The notes below the pieces were generated by a model that saw only the letters and a list, made by a program, of their open reading frames with translations, was not told where the DNA came from and searched no databases. Made by a program: the position numbers and the translations under genes. From Octopus sinensis (taxonomy: Eukaryota), in assembly GCF_006345805.1 (NCBI RefSeq), contig NC_043008.1, positions 37,510,001-37,574,000 of the forward strand: a stretch of DNA of 64,000 bases. The letters run 5' to 3'. Shown here one piece after another: positions 1 through 11,806 of the stretch; the stretch's first letter is position 1; every line of letters starts with the position of its first letter.

Positions 1-320
1 GGGTAAATTGCTTGAGCCTGCTAGCTCCTCATCCATAACAACATGCAGGATTCTGTACAAGACATGGTGTTGGCAGCTCATGAATTGTGGCTTGTCATAG
101 CCTGGCTCAAGAACAGTCTCTGCAGTCTAACCACTATCCCACTCTTCCATCCTGTATTCACACTCATCTAATCAGCAATAATCATCGAGATTGCGTCCCA
201 CAAGTGAAATTCATCCAAGATGCTTTTCAATCCTTCTGCAATGGTCTCAGCCTTGCCATCTCACAGCTTCAGATCAGCCAGCTTGATTTCACTTGTTTCA
301 TTCTTGATGACAATTGCTTC
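1..320 (-). pseudogene. Decayed DDE transposase fragment, hAT-like (D..NTG..G / CQHH motifs)
   Basis: Manual minus-strand translation: EAIVIKNETSEIKLADLKL*DGKAETIAEGLKSILDEFHLWDAISMIIAD*MSVNTGWKSGIVVRLQRLF, then a frameshift to KPQFMSCQHHVLYRILHVVMDEEL. Has stops; a SINE abuts it at 320. Confidence 0.5.
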
Positions 321-600
321 ATCATCATCATTTAGCGTCCGCTTTCCATGCTAGCATGGGTTGGACGGTTCAACTGGGGTCTGTGAAGCCAGAAGGCTGC
401 ATCAGGCCCAGTCTGATCTGGCAGTGTTTCTACAGCTGGATGCCCTTCCTAACGCCAACCACTCCGTGAGTGTAGTGGGTGCTTTTTACGTTCCACCCGC
501 ACAGATGCCAGATGGAGCTGGCAAACGGCCATGGACGGATAATGCTTTTTACGTGCCACCAGCATGGGGGCCAGGCGAGGCTGGCAACGGCCAGACTCAG
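320..600 (-). mobile_element. SINE family A (Meta-like central domain, RTE-type (TGA)n tail), 5'-truncated
   Basis: Minus strand reads GGCGTTAGGAAGGGCATCCAGCTGTAGAAA...CCAACCCATGCTAGCATGGAAAGCGGACGCTAAA(TGA)n. Near-identical copies at 11388 and 51135. Confidence 0.85.
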
Positions 601-1084
601 CAAAACAATATCATCACCACTGAAGTCTTATAAATGCTAAAAATTTATTGGAAGCCAAGATTGTTATGCAAACTTGTCCATATTCAAGCAAGTTTTGTAT
701 AAGAATGCAAACATGGATTCATGGGTGAACTTTTCTAAAGATAGCTCAAAAGTGTGTTCACTTTAGTTACTTCAGCATACAAGATCATCTAAATATGATA
801 CAGGAAATTGTTTTTGAGGAACAAAATTAAAACCATGTATCCCTAGTATATACATATATGCGTTTTTAATACTGGCTTACTACCTTCCTGACATACAACA
901 AAATCTGTTTCAACAAACAAGTTTACATTAAGATTCTTGCCTTATCAAATGCAAAAAAAAAAAACAGAATATAAATATATGATATGTATTTATGTAATGG
1001 AGAAATTGTACAAAACGTATAAATGGATGATGAGTAAAGCTTCGATTACCTGTTGTTATCCGTAGATTTACTGCAGGAACTTCC

Positions 1085-1505
<421 letters not shown>

Positions 1506-1765
1506 CATCTAAGCACAAACTCAAAAAAAAATTTTCATCTAAGTATTATCATCCTTTCAACTTCTACTTCCTTTTCATTCTCTTAACAGTTACAACAGCA
1601 AAAGCTGATTATGTCGTTCTAAACTAGAATGTATGCTTTCCACGATCATATTTGAGATTACTTATTCCAATAATTTTTTTCTGATTTTACTTATTCTAGA
1701 ATTTGATGGACATATAGTGGTATGTAAGCTGACTCAAGAAATCCCTAGTGAGACTTTTTATTGAT

Positions 1766-1807
1766 GTTCCTGAAGAGACGCAGAACACCTCCAAACATGT
1801 GTTGTAC
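1766..1807 (+). ncRNA. Degenerate minimal hammerhead-like motif (Penelope-type terminus)
   Basis: GTTC-CTGAAGA-GA..TC-CAAA-CATGTGT-T-GTAC followed by AATAAA. G12 is replaced and helix I has one mismatch. Confidence 0.35.
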
Positions 1808-2099
1808 CCAATAAAGTATATTACACATTCCATCTCCTATTTTATTAATACTATATATATCACTGTGACCGACCAGGCTATCAGATGTTGCTACACATCG
1901 CTGGTCACAATGCACTTCTCATTGTTTTAGCCTTCAAACAGGTCAACAGAAGAAAGAATAAGAGAAAGTTGTGGCGAAAGAGTACGGCAGGGATTAAAAC
2001 CCCACATCTTCTGTAAATATGACAGACATGTGACCATGCATATGCTTGTACCTGTGTATGTATGAGCATGTGTGAATGTGTACATGTGTGTGTGTGCGT

Positions 2100-2350
2100 G
2101 TGTGCTGGTGCCTCCTTGTCCTGGTATCATATAATAATTGTAAACAAGTGCCACTGTTAAACAAGCAGTGTTATTCATTTCCAATCTTTCATGAAAGTGT
2201 ATCATGTCATAGGGAACTGTTACCTTCTTTTATAACAAATGAAATTTCGTGACAGGAAAGGTATTTCATCATAGAAAATGTGCCTCCCTAAAATTCGTTT
2301 GGCCCCTGCACATGTGGAAAAATGGACGTTAAAATGAAGATAATGATGAC
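2100..2350 (+). mobile_element. Old SINE 3' half with Meta-like block and RTE-type tail
   Basis: GACAGGAAAGGTATTTCATCATAGAAAA...GGAAAAATGGACGTTAAAATGAAGATAATGATGA resembles the family A core and tail. Confidence 0.55.
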
Positions 2351-2544
2351 AATGATATCTATATCAACATCTATATCTATATAAATTCTGGGTAAATTTC
2401 TGTTTTACCCCCACTCATACTTAGTATTCAATTGTGATATTGACCTGTAATAGTAAGCACTTGGATATAATTACATAGATATACACCCAGTGGTATATTG
2501 GATATTTATTATCCCTTAGATGGTTGCTTAACCTCTGACTCATA

Positions 2545-2797
2545 AAGACACACACACATACACATATATATATATATACACACACACATATATATAGTAT
2601 GCATAGTATATATACCATTGTATAAAATTTCTATAATGTATAAAAAAATATATATACATATATATGTATGTATTATATGTATGTGTGTGTGTGTGTTTGT
2701 GTGTGTACACAGACACCCATAAGGAAGAAAGAAATAGATGCATAGACAGCATATTCACATGCATACAAATACACACACATGAGCATACACATACACT

Positions 2798-2836
<39 letters not shown>

Positions 2837-3352
2837 TATATATGTAGTATGTAATATCAACAGATATTACATACTACACATATAAATAAAAAAAAACAAA
2901 CGCTCCATATATATTAATGAAGTCATTATAAAGCCAAAACCAGGTAAACATTGCAAGTTATAAATAAAATATACCTTCACTAGTTGCTGTGTTGAATTAT
3001 TTTAACAATATGTTTATTTTACAGTAGATAATGCTGCAAAACTATCTTTTAGGTATGAAATATTTACCAAAAAAATTTTTTTATGTATGTTTTGGAACTC
3101 CATTAACATCCAAAGTTTTCTTTTGTATTTTAACTACGCTTAATAGTTTCACACATGACAAAGCATTATGCCATAAGGCATGTGTGTGGTTGTTTTGTGT
3201 GTGTGTGTGTGTGTGTGCATCTGTCTCTCTCTGTTTCTCTCTCTGTTTCTCCCTCTCTGTATGTATATATATATGTGTGTGTGTGTGCGTGAATGTGTGT
3301 GTGCATGAGCTTGTGTGTGCATGAGTGTATGCGAGCCTGTATATACACATAT

Positions 3353-3406
<54 letters not shown>

Positions 3407-3656
3407 ATGTGTGTGTGTGTGTATATATATGTATATATGTATGTATGTACATAAATATGTGTATACACACAGTTGTATAGGGGTAGATGCACACACTTAC
3501 ATGTGTGTATATGCATGAATGTAATATACATACATATGCATACACTTATGCATAATACATTCATACATATATATATGTATATATATATACATATGTACAT
3601 ATATATATATATGTATATTTATATATATATATATATATATACTTATATATATGTAC

Positions 3657-3740
<84 letters not shown>

Positions 3741-3860
3741 CTTATATATATGTACATATATATAAGTATATATGCATATTTACACACACACACAAACACC
3801 CACACATATATGATGTACACACCCAAACAGATACACACACACGTCACATATTCCTAGGAC
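2545..3860. repeat. Cluster of (TA)n/(CA)n/(TG)n microsatellites
   Basis: Directly visible blocks at about 2545-2870 and 3180-3860. Confidence 0.95.
3025..3052 (+). CDS. Candidate 28-nt microexon (xDNAAKLSF), unverified
   Basis: TTTATTTTACAG acceptor and AG|GTATGA donor in a non-repetitive island; one frame open. Confidence 0.2.
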
Positions 3861-4775
3861 ATTAATATGAGAGAGAAAGATGAAAAATAAGCAGAAATTA
3901 TGTATATCATGATCTAAATGGAATTACATGACAATACCAAAATATTTATTAAAATGCTGTTATCAATAAAGTGGAAGACAACATCTACTTCATATATTGC
4001 ACTTAGGAAATTAATATACTAACACTTCATTATTATTATCAATATCATCATCATCATTATTATTATTGTTATTATTATTATTATTTTTTTGTTGCTGTTA
4101 TTGCTATTTTTATTATTTTTATATATTGAAGGTTGAGGTGGGAACACCCGTTCAATGTTTTCCGTTTAAAAAAGTATTGTTTGAATGTTTGAAATTTTAC
4201 GGAACCTGAAGTGATATTGAGTATCAGAAATTGACAAAAAGCCGTAAATGTTTTCAGTCATATTACTAGAAAATAGCAGAGCAGTCGAAAAAATATCTCT
4301 TTGAGTGGCATGACACTCTACTGCATTTAAACAAAAATGAAAGGTATATTTGGCAAAGGAGTCTGAGATCAACTGTTTGAAAAAGACAAGTTGGTCATCG
4401 ATAGAAATCTTCTGATTGTACGTTTGCTTGATCAGAAGTTCCTCTGTAGAACATGTTATAATAATACATGGCTGGACTCAACAACAACAACAACAATAGC
4501 AGCAGCAGCCGTTCAAGAATTTGGACCTGGAGATCTCCATTTCCAACGACTTCGAAGGCCACCTCCCAGTGGTGTCAGGTGTCAACGAAGAGCCCTCGAC
4601 TACAACAAGATGACCAAAGTTTTTTTTTCCAAGGTCTGGGGTCTCCCACCCCGAAGCCCTAGACCATCACCTAATCACCCTTACTCATCTTGTTGCTTAA
4701 CAACAACAACAGCAGCAGCAGCAATAACAACAACAACAACAACAGATCTTAGTGCGTATGTCTTTATATTTGAGA

Positions 4776-5138
4776 CTAGCACTATGACCCGGCATTGCCT
4801 GGTCATAGTGCTAGTGCATGCATATACAGCTGCGTGCATGCACACATACACGCGAGTACTGTCCAAATCTCTGACCAATCACATACAGCTAGCTGGCATT
4901 CAATTGGCATGTCAAGTTTCGGGCATTTTCATTGGGTTTTGGATAGAAAATTCCCAAAACAGTCACTTCTATTGATTTTTTAATAGCTTTGCGGGGCGAC
5001 TGGGGTAATGTAAAGATGTGCACGACCACCTTTGGACGGTTTTGAATGACCTTAAAAGTGCGAGCCCTCTAACTAAAAAATTGTGGATTTGTATAAAGGA
5101 CACACACACAGACATTTTGCCATTTATATATATAGAGA
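4776..5138 (-). mobile_element. Non-autonomous Helitron-type element (363 bp)
   Basis: Minus strand starts A|TCTCTATATATATAAATGGC and ends with a GC hairpin plus CTAG|T. Sits in an A-T target with no TSD. Confidence 0.75.
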
Positions 5139-5689
5139 TAACATATTACTGAGTGTAACTAATGCTGCAACATTTGGTGTTCTAACCAGGTATCCACATT
5201 AAGCTGGATATAAAGATTGCCTTTTGTACTAATCCTGCTTCTGTCACTAATAATTATGTTTTGATAAGCCTGCTAGCTATTTGCAACATGAGTGACTGTA
5301 GAAACACTGTAATTCTATATATTATGGCAGTGAGATCTGGTCTGTATACAGTCAGTGGATGCCTGCCATTGAGGGAGTTCAGCAAACTGAAATCATATGA
5401 TCTGGCTGTCCAAACACCCATAAAAAATGATTCATGGTATATGTCTGTGCTTTTATGCACCATGCGTCTGTATGAGAGGACCTCTAAAGTCTAATACCAC
5501 AATCTTCAGTGTTCAAACAAAACATCCATGTTAATTTGGATATAAAGATTGCCTTTTGTAATATGCTGTATCTTCATTTGATGCATTTGTTTCTGTGTTT
5601 ATATGGTGATGCATTACAAATAGATATATTGTTTGTCTTATGTCCATGTTTTTATGCTAGCTTGGGTTAGATGAATACAATGTGTCGAC

Positions 5690-5765
5690 TGGTCTAGGAA
5701 TCGAAACCACAATCTTACGATCATGGGTCAAACAACCTAACCACTAAATCATGCACCTCCACAAG
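5690..5765 (-). mobile_element. tRNA-Arg-like SINE head fragment
   Basis: A- and B-box-like sequence matching family C/E heads (TTTAGTGGTTAGG...GTTTCGATTCC). Confidence 0.6.
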
Positions 5766-5936
5766 GGGTGTAATGGTGATAAGGACGATGAAACTGAGAT
5801 GCACTTCCCCTCAAAAATTATTGGACTTCAGTCCTGCCATGACCCAGTGTTCCCTTTCAGAGGGGTGTTGGAAAGGGAGTAACCAGCTTCAAGAATGTTA
5901 GGGACTGAGAGGAGGAAAAAACCATTTGTGCATGTA

Positions 5937-5974
<38 letters not shown>

Positions 5975-6016
5975 CACGTGCGCACACGTGCATGTATGTA
6001 TGTGTGTGTGTGTGTG

Positions 6017-6605
6017 CATGCAAGCATGGCTGTGTGGTAAAAAGTTTGCTTCCCAACCATATAGTTCCAGTTTCAGTCCCACTATGTAGCCCCTCAGGTA
6101 AATCTTCTATAGCCTTGAGCCAATTAAAGCCTTGTGAGTGGATCTCGTAGAAAAAAACTGAAAGAAGCCCATCATATGCGTGTGTGTGTGTGTGTGCGTG
6201 TGTGTGTGTGCATGCGTGCATTCATGGCTGTGTGGTAAAAAGTTTACTTTCCAACCATATAGTTCCAGGTTCAGTCCCACTGTGTGGCTCCTCAGGCAAG
6301 TCTTCTGTAGCCTTGAGCCAATTAAAAACTTGTGAGTGGTTCTGGTAGACAGAAAGGGAAAGGAGCCCATCACATATGTGTGTGTGTATTTGTTTGTGTT
6401 TGTCCCCTACCACTGCATGACAACCAGCGTTGGTTTGTTTACATGCCTGTGATTTAGCAGTTCAGCAAAAGAGACCAATAGAATTAGAACCAGGCTTAAA
6501 GATACTAATATGTACTGAGGTTTAGTTAGGTGAGTAAAATTCTTCAGGGTGGTGCTTCAGCATTGGACAGAGTTTAATGACAGAAACTAGTAAAAATTAA
6601 AAGAT
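6017..6605 (+). mobile_element. SINE family B: tandem head + (TG)n + full copy
   Basis: Head GGCTGTGTGGTAA...TTCAGTCCCAC...GCCTTGTGAGTGGAT occurs twice about 200 bp apart; only the second copy carries the 3' half. Confidence 0.8.
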
Positions 6606-7300
6606 GTATACTCTGAGTTTGTGAAGCCACATTTGGCTGATTTTGATGTTCTTCTAATCTACTGCCCTAGGTTGGTACTTTGTGATTGGCATCAAAGGAG
6701 TGAAAGGCAAAGTTGACTTCAATTGGTTTTGAACTTGGAACACCAAGCTTCAGAACAAATTCTATGCATCATTCTATGTGATGCTCTAACAACTCAACTA
6801 CTTTACTGCATCAACTCATTCGCAATATTTGGCTCCGTACTTACAATAAGTCTACCGATTAAATATTGAAAAGTTGTATGCTATCAAAGTTTTTTCTCAT
6901 TAAAATGTTTTCCCAATGGAAACAAGACAGAAACTTATATGTATTTATACAATTAAGAAATATCTTGGTACACCCTGGAAGATGAAAAGAAAATTTCATA
7001 GAGTTAAAAATATTATGAATTTTAGTTTAAGAATATCTAAACTGTATACAATTTCATCAAAGTGTATAAGCTTGAAATTGTTTACAGTTTATCTTTCATT
7101 GGTTGTTTATTCCTTTTTATTGCAAGGGTGAGAATCATCTTGCATCTTTATTATATTTTATTTTTTTCATAAGAGAAGTATATTTGAATATAATGGAATG
7201 AAATATATCTTTCTGCATTTATATATTTGCTTATTTATTTATTTATTTATATATTATTTACGTATATATATATATATTTATTTTGTTTCAACTATAAAGT

Positions 7301-7370
7301 CCTTAATATTTGTATATAGAAGCAGCTATTTCAATCTAATTGTATCTCTTCAGTACAAAGTAATTAAGGA
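7301..7370 (-). ncRNA. Type I hammerhead ribozyme with intact catalytic core
   Basis: Minus strand: UCCUUAAU-UAC-UUUGUA [CUGAAGA] GAU-ACAAUUAG-AUU [GAA] AUAG-CUGCUU-CUAU [A] UACAAA-U-AUUAAGG. Helix I has 6 bp, an internal loop, then 7-8 bp; helix II 3 bp; helix III 4 bp; AUA triplet. AAUAAA follows downstream. Confidence 0.75.
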
Positions 7371-7812
7371 TTTGTTAATAGCATTGCATCATTTACACAT
7401 CAGAAAAAGAGAATAGTTTAGAAAAGAGAAGGATAAGAACAAATACAAGCCGAGTCCGTTGCACTTAGACAAATTGTTTTTTGTTCAACATTCATAGTTT
7501 ATCAGATGCATAGAAAATTGAGATAAAATAAATTTAACACTTGAGTTCACATACACACTGGAACATTTACAATAAAACTTTTTACCTCTCAAAAATAACT
7601 GCTGCAGCTGCAGTTGCTAGATATTCTTAAGCTAAAAATAAGAGAAAATACGAGAAGAGCATTTTTAGGGAGTCTGGGTTTTGTGAATCTAGAATTTTTA
7701 TTTGATAGCTGATTGCAGGTAAATGTTCTGCATGTTCCCCTTTAATAACACCTCTCCCTATTAGAATTGCATCCTCATATGACTGAGGATATGTGCAAGT
7801 AAATCAAGCACT

Positions 7813-8041
7813 TTAGCCTTTTCATTACCAACCCGGCTGAAACTGGCTCTGGCTCCGAGTACAAATGTCTTGTTTTCATAAGTTTTGAATTAAAATCTTC
7901 CCCCAAACCTTAGTCACAATTTATGTTCCTAACACTAGCTTAATGGTAACTAAGTTATTTTACTAAATTCTTTGTTATATTTAAAATTAATTGAAAGAAA
8001 CACAGAGCAACTCAAAATAAATACAGTAATGAAAAGGTTAA
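7813..8041. mobile_element. piggyBac-type MITE (about 229 bp)
   Basis: Ends TTAGCCTTTTCATTAC and GTAATGAAAAGGTTAA are 16-nt inverted repeats incorporating a TTAA-type target site (left end TTAG). Confidence 0.7.
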
Positions 8042-8066
8042 ATCTGGCTCTAGTCAGAACATACAT

Positions 8067-8123
<57 letters not shown>

Positions 8124-8137
8124 TACATACACACATA

Positions 8138-8330
8138 CAGGGTGCAATAGGTAAATTGTCACCATTCTATATTTTTAATTTCATGTATGTGCATTGTTCG
8201 TTTTTGATTTTGTTGACTACACAGTATAGTAGGGTCAGTTGGGCACAGTCTGTGAGAGAAAACAGCACCATGACACAATTCACTCTGCCAGATTCATAGA
8301 ATCATGTGGCTATCATGGAAAATGCCACAA
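8138..8330 (+). mobile_element. 5' end of a Tc1/mariner (maT-like) element
   Basis: TA|CAGGGTG terminus like the 19835-21101 TIR; short decayed ORF start MTQFTLPDS* at 8270. Confidence 0.45.
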
Positions 8331-8659
8331 GTAGACCAGGCTAGCAGATCACATAGTAATCCAATATGGAGGTGTATAATGCACACTGCCCATACTGCTG
8401 ATATCCGGAAAACCTGATGGATGAAATTATTTCATGAGGAATCTACAGACCATAAAACATCAGCAGGTATCCTTAAGATTATGGCTCTTTCACAGTTTTT
8501 GTCATGTAATAAAAAATAATCTACTTGTATAATAAATTATGCTTACATATCTGTATTAATATGCAATTCTAAATGATGAAGCTTGTTTTGATCATTCACA
8601 ATGCTGGAAATAGCACCTAAATATCTCTCAGATTACATCCTACATTATTTAAAGAAAAA

Positions 8660-9045
8660 AATGTTTTCTTCCCAACCACATGGTTCAGGGTTCAGTCTCA
8701 CTGCATGTTACATTGGGCAAGTGTCTTCTACTATAGTTTCAGGTCAACCAAAGCCTTGTGAGTGGATTTGGTAGATGGAAACTGAAAGAAGCCCATTGTA
8801 CATAAATATATACACACATCTATGTGCATATCTTTGTGTCCATGTTTGCCACCCCTCCTCAGCACTTGACAACTGGTGTTAGTGTGTTTATGTCCCCATA
8901 ACTTAGCAGTTTGGCAAAAGAAATTGATAGAATAAGTACCAAGCTTTAAAACTAAACACTAGGTTTGATTCACTTGACTAAAATTTTTCAAGGCAACACT
9001 CCAGCATGGCCACAACTAAATGACTTAAGAAGTAAAAGAAAAGAT
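8660..9045 (+). mobile_element. SINE family B, old copy
   Basis: Colinear with young copies; most CpGs converted to TpG/CpA. Confidence 0.8.
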
Positions 9046-9590
9046 GAAAAAAAGACACATCAAATAATGTAGTTTGATGTGAAACAGGGTGGTCATGGCT
9101 AGAGTGTCTTTCCTCCATTCATTCACAGCTGGCCTGGGGGTTAAACAGCAACAGCAGAAACAACAACAAATCTGTCGGTTATTGAACTCATCAATTAACT
9201 GTAACATTTGGCAAGGCCAAAAGGCAACCATAACAAAAAACAAGGGAAAAACAAAGCAAAAACGACAAGAAAAAACACATCATTGTACCTAAGACATCTA
9301 TCAATAATTTGTCTTTGTTCATTGATTTCATAGACTGAGCCAAAGAATTATAATAGAGTAGCATTCTTTTATGTCCCCCACCCTCTTCTTCTATCACTCA
9401 TAGCAATTCCAATAATTATGCTTTGAATATAAAAAAGAAAATAATTAACAAATTATTAATATAAATATTCTATTTCTATTGACCAAGTTCCTGCCTTATT
9501 ATTCTCAATTCTTTCATGACATTACAAAACTGCATTAAACATTACCTCAATATCACTTCTTAAGCATGCATATTATTATTATTATTATTA

Positions 9591-9850
9591 TTGAGTGAGA
9601 GAGCAGTGCATGTCATCAAAGTGACACTTGGGTAAAATATATAAAGCCCACTATACCCATCATGACTATCCATCTGATAAGGGTACACCAGGCACATGCA
9701 TCACAACCCTATGTGTGCAACATAGTGATCTCATATCAAGTTAAACAGCGCATAACCTTGCAGGTGGGGCCCAGTTAGAATTTTCTTCAGGTTGAGTTGC
9801 CCATCCTGCTCAAAAGGTCCCTGAATATGGGTTGTTTAAGGATGTTGAAT
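9591..9850 (-). mobile_element. Family F (TAA)n-associated retroposon, 5'-truncated
   Basis: Reverse complement matches the 3' part of 38340-38921; the 3' end runs into (TAA)n at 9571-9592. Confidence 0.85.
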
Positions 9851-10431
9851 GAGACACTCATTACTATTATTATCATTGACTCATGTAAAAATGCCCTTCT
9901 GGTTCTCCCTTCGGAACACATTTCATTTCAAGCATTTTCTTTAGAGTACTGGTAAAAAGAACTACAGTTGCCTAAGGAATGACTGTTCTTGATACTGGAG
10001 GGTATATAAGAGAAAACAGAAATTTGCAGCACAAATTTTAAAAATTTCATTTATACATTATTTTTGTTGTTCATATTCTGATCAAATTAAGTTCGGAATA
10101 TAAACTACTTGCAAAAGTTAGATTGCAAATAACAGTAACAGTGTTATATCACAAAAGAATAGTCACAAGATATTGATATTTTTCAGCTGCAACTGTCTGA
10201 AAAAATGCTTACTGGTGTATTTGGTTGTGTAAAAAATAGTTTGCAAAAAGGTTCATAGAAATCCACAACCTAGCGATAAAACGTTACTTGTTTTATTTCA
10301 TCAAATTATATCTTGTTTTGATAATGGTGTTTTATTGTAATTTTTTTGTTTATTTCCTTGGTAAGTGTGTGTGTATGTGTATGTGTGTGTGCATGTGTAT
10401 ATGTAAGTCTATATATGTATGTGCTCTTTTT

Positions 10432-10668
10432 TAAAGCCTAGCCAGGCTCATGGGCCTGGTTTTCCAGTTTCTATGGCATATGTGTTCCCCAGCTGGACAG
10501 GATGCCAGTCCATTGCATCTTTACTCATTTTTGCCAGCTGAGTTGACTGGAGCAATGTGAAATGAAGTTTTTGCTCAAGAACACAATGCGTAGCCCGGTA
10601 CAGGAATTGAAACCACAATCTTACGATCATGATGCTGACACCCTAACCACTAAGCCGCGCGCCTCCAC
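10432..10668 (-). mobile_element. tRNA-Arg SINE, hybrid of family E central block and family C V-like tail
   Basis: Head, then TGTGTTCTTGAGCAAAAAC...CTCAGCTGGCAAAAATGAG (E block), then ATGGACTGGCATCCTGTCCAGCTGGGG (V-like block). Confidence 0.75.
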
Positions 10669-11353
10669 ATATACGTATGCATGTATATATATGTATATAT
10701 GAATAGTGTATTTGCATTGTAGAGCTACTGTGTTTATGGGTACGTATATTTATTCATGTTTGTATGATTTTGGGTTGTATCACACTAATGATGGAAAAAA
10801 GGGGTTTCCCCACTTAATCCTGAAATTAATTGATATGTAATTGAACAGTTTCATGAATATGTTTAATTTATTTGCCCTAGGACGATGCACATTTATAGTT
10901 TTATGGTGATATCTCAGGGTAAAATAGAGACACTTGGTGTCTTCTTCTAGCATGCAGGTAGTCCTGTATGTATACGTACCAGCTTGCCCTATATATATAT
11001 ATTCACACACATAAATATAAAATATATATAATAAAAAGAGACATCAACTGATTCATCAGCATGTGAATGCTTACTTCTGTGCTTGGTAAACCTGATGATC
11101 TGAGAGTTGTGTAATGTATTACATAACCTTATGGATATTATACATATTGCATATCTGATTGTCTCATCTTTACATCACAATAAAGATTCTTCTTCGAAAC
11201 AATTGTAGTTGCACCAGATAAGCTATTCAACTGTTTTTATTAAGTTTTTACACCATTCTGAAGGTCCATTCATCTTTCGATGCTGTTTACATTGTGTGAA
11301 TGATCAAACACCAGTGAACTTACCTTCTTCAATGCATTTGATACTATGATTAT

Positions 11354-11387
<34 letters not shown>

Positions 11388-11389
<2 letters not shown>

Positions 11390-11625
11390 TCATCATCATT
11401 TAGCGTCCGTTTTCCATGCTAGCATGGGTTGGACGGTTCAACTGGGGTTTGTGAAGCTGGAAGGCTTCATCAGGTCCAGTCTGATCTGGCAGTGTTTCTA
11501 CGGCTGGATGCCCCTCCTAACGCCAACCACTCCGTGAGTGTAGTGGGTGCTTTTTACATGCCACCTGCACAGGTGCCAGACAGAGCTGGCAAACGGCCAC
11601 GAACGGATGGTGCTTTTACGTGTCA
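11388..11625 (-). mobile_element. SINE family A copy
   Basis: Aligns by eye with 320-600; (TGA)n tail at 11388-11399. Confidence 0.85.
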
Positions 11626-11745
11626 TATATATATATATATATTGATAGAAATGGTAAGACAACAAAAAAATGAAAGAGACCTCGATATTATGTAAATAGA
11701 GGAATTATCTGTTAATGTAATATGTGACAATTATTCAGTAGCCAT

Positions 11746-11806
11746 GATAAAACTCCAAGTTTTGGATGTCGGGGCAGAAATCTACTCTGCCATCTCTTCA
11801 GTTATC
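11746..11806 (-). ncRNA. Minimal hammerhead motif with G12->A (probably inactive)
   Basis: GAUAA [CUGAAGA] GAUG..hairpin..CAUC-C [AAA] ACUUGGAGU [U] UUAUC. Perfect 5-bp helix I and near-palindromic helix III; lies in a (TA)n-flanked element of about 230 bp (11640-11870). Confidence 0.6.

Noticed and set aside
361-633. Recurrent similar ORFs (e.g. DGSTGVCEA..., DGLLSVSxYQIHSQG..., WRRNGPVV...)
   Set aside because: They recur because they are read through SINE copies; frames are not conserved between copies.
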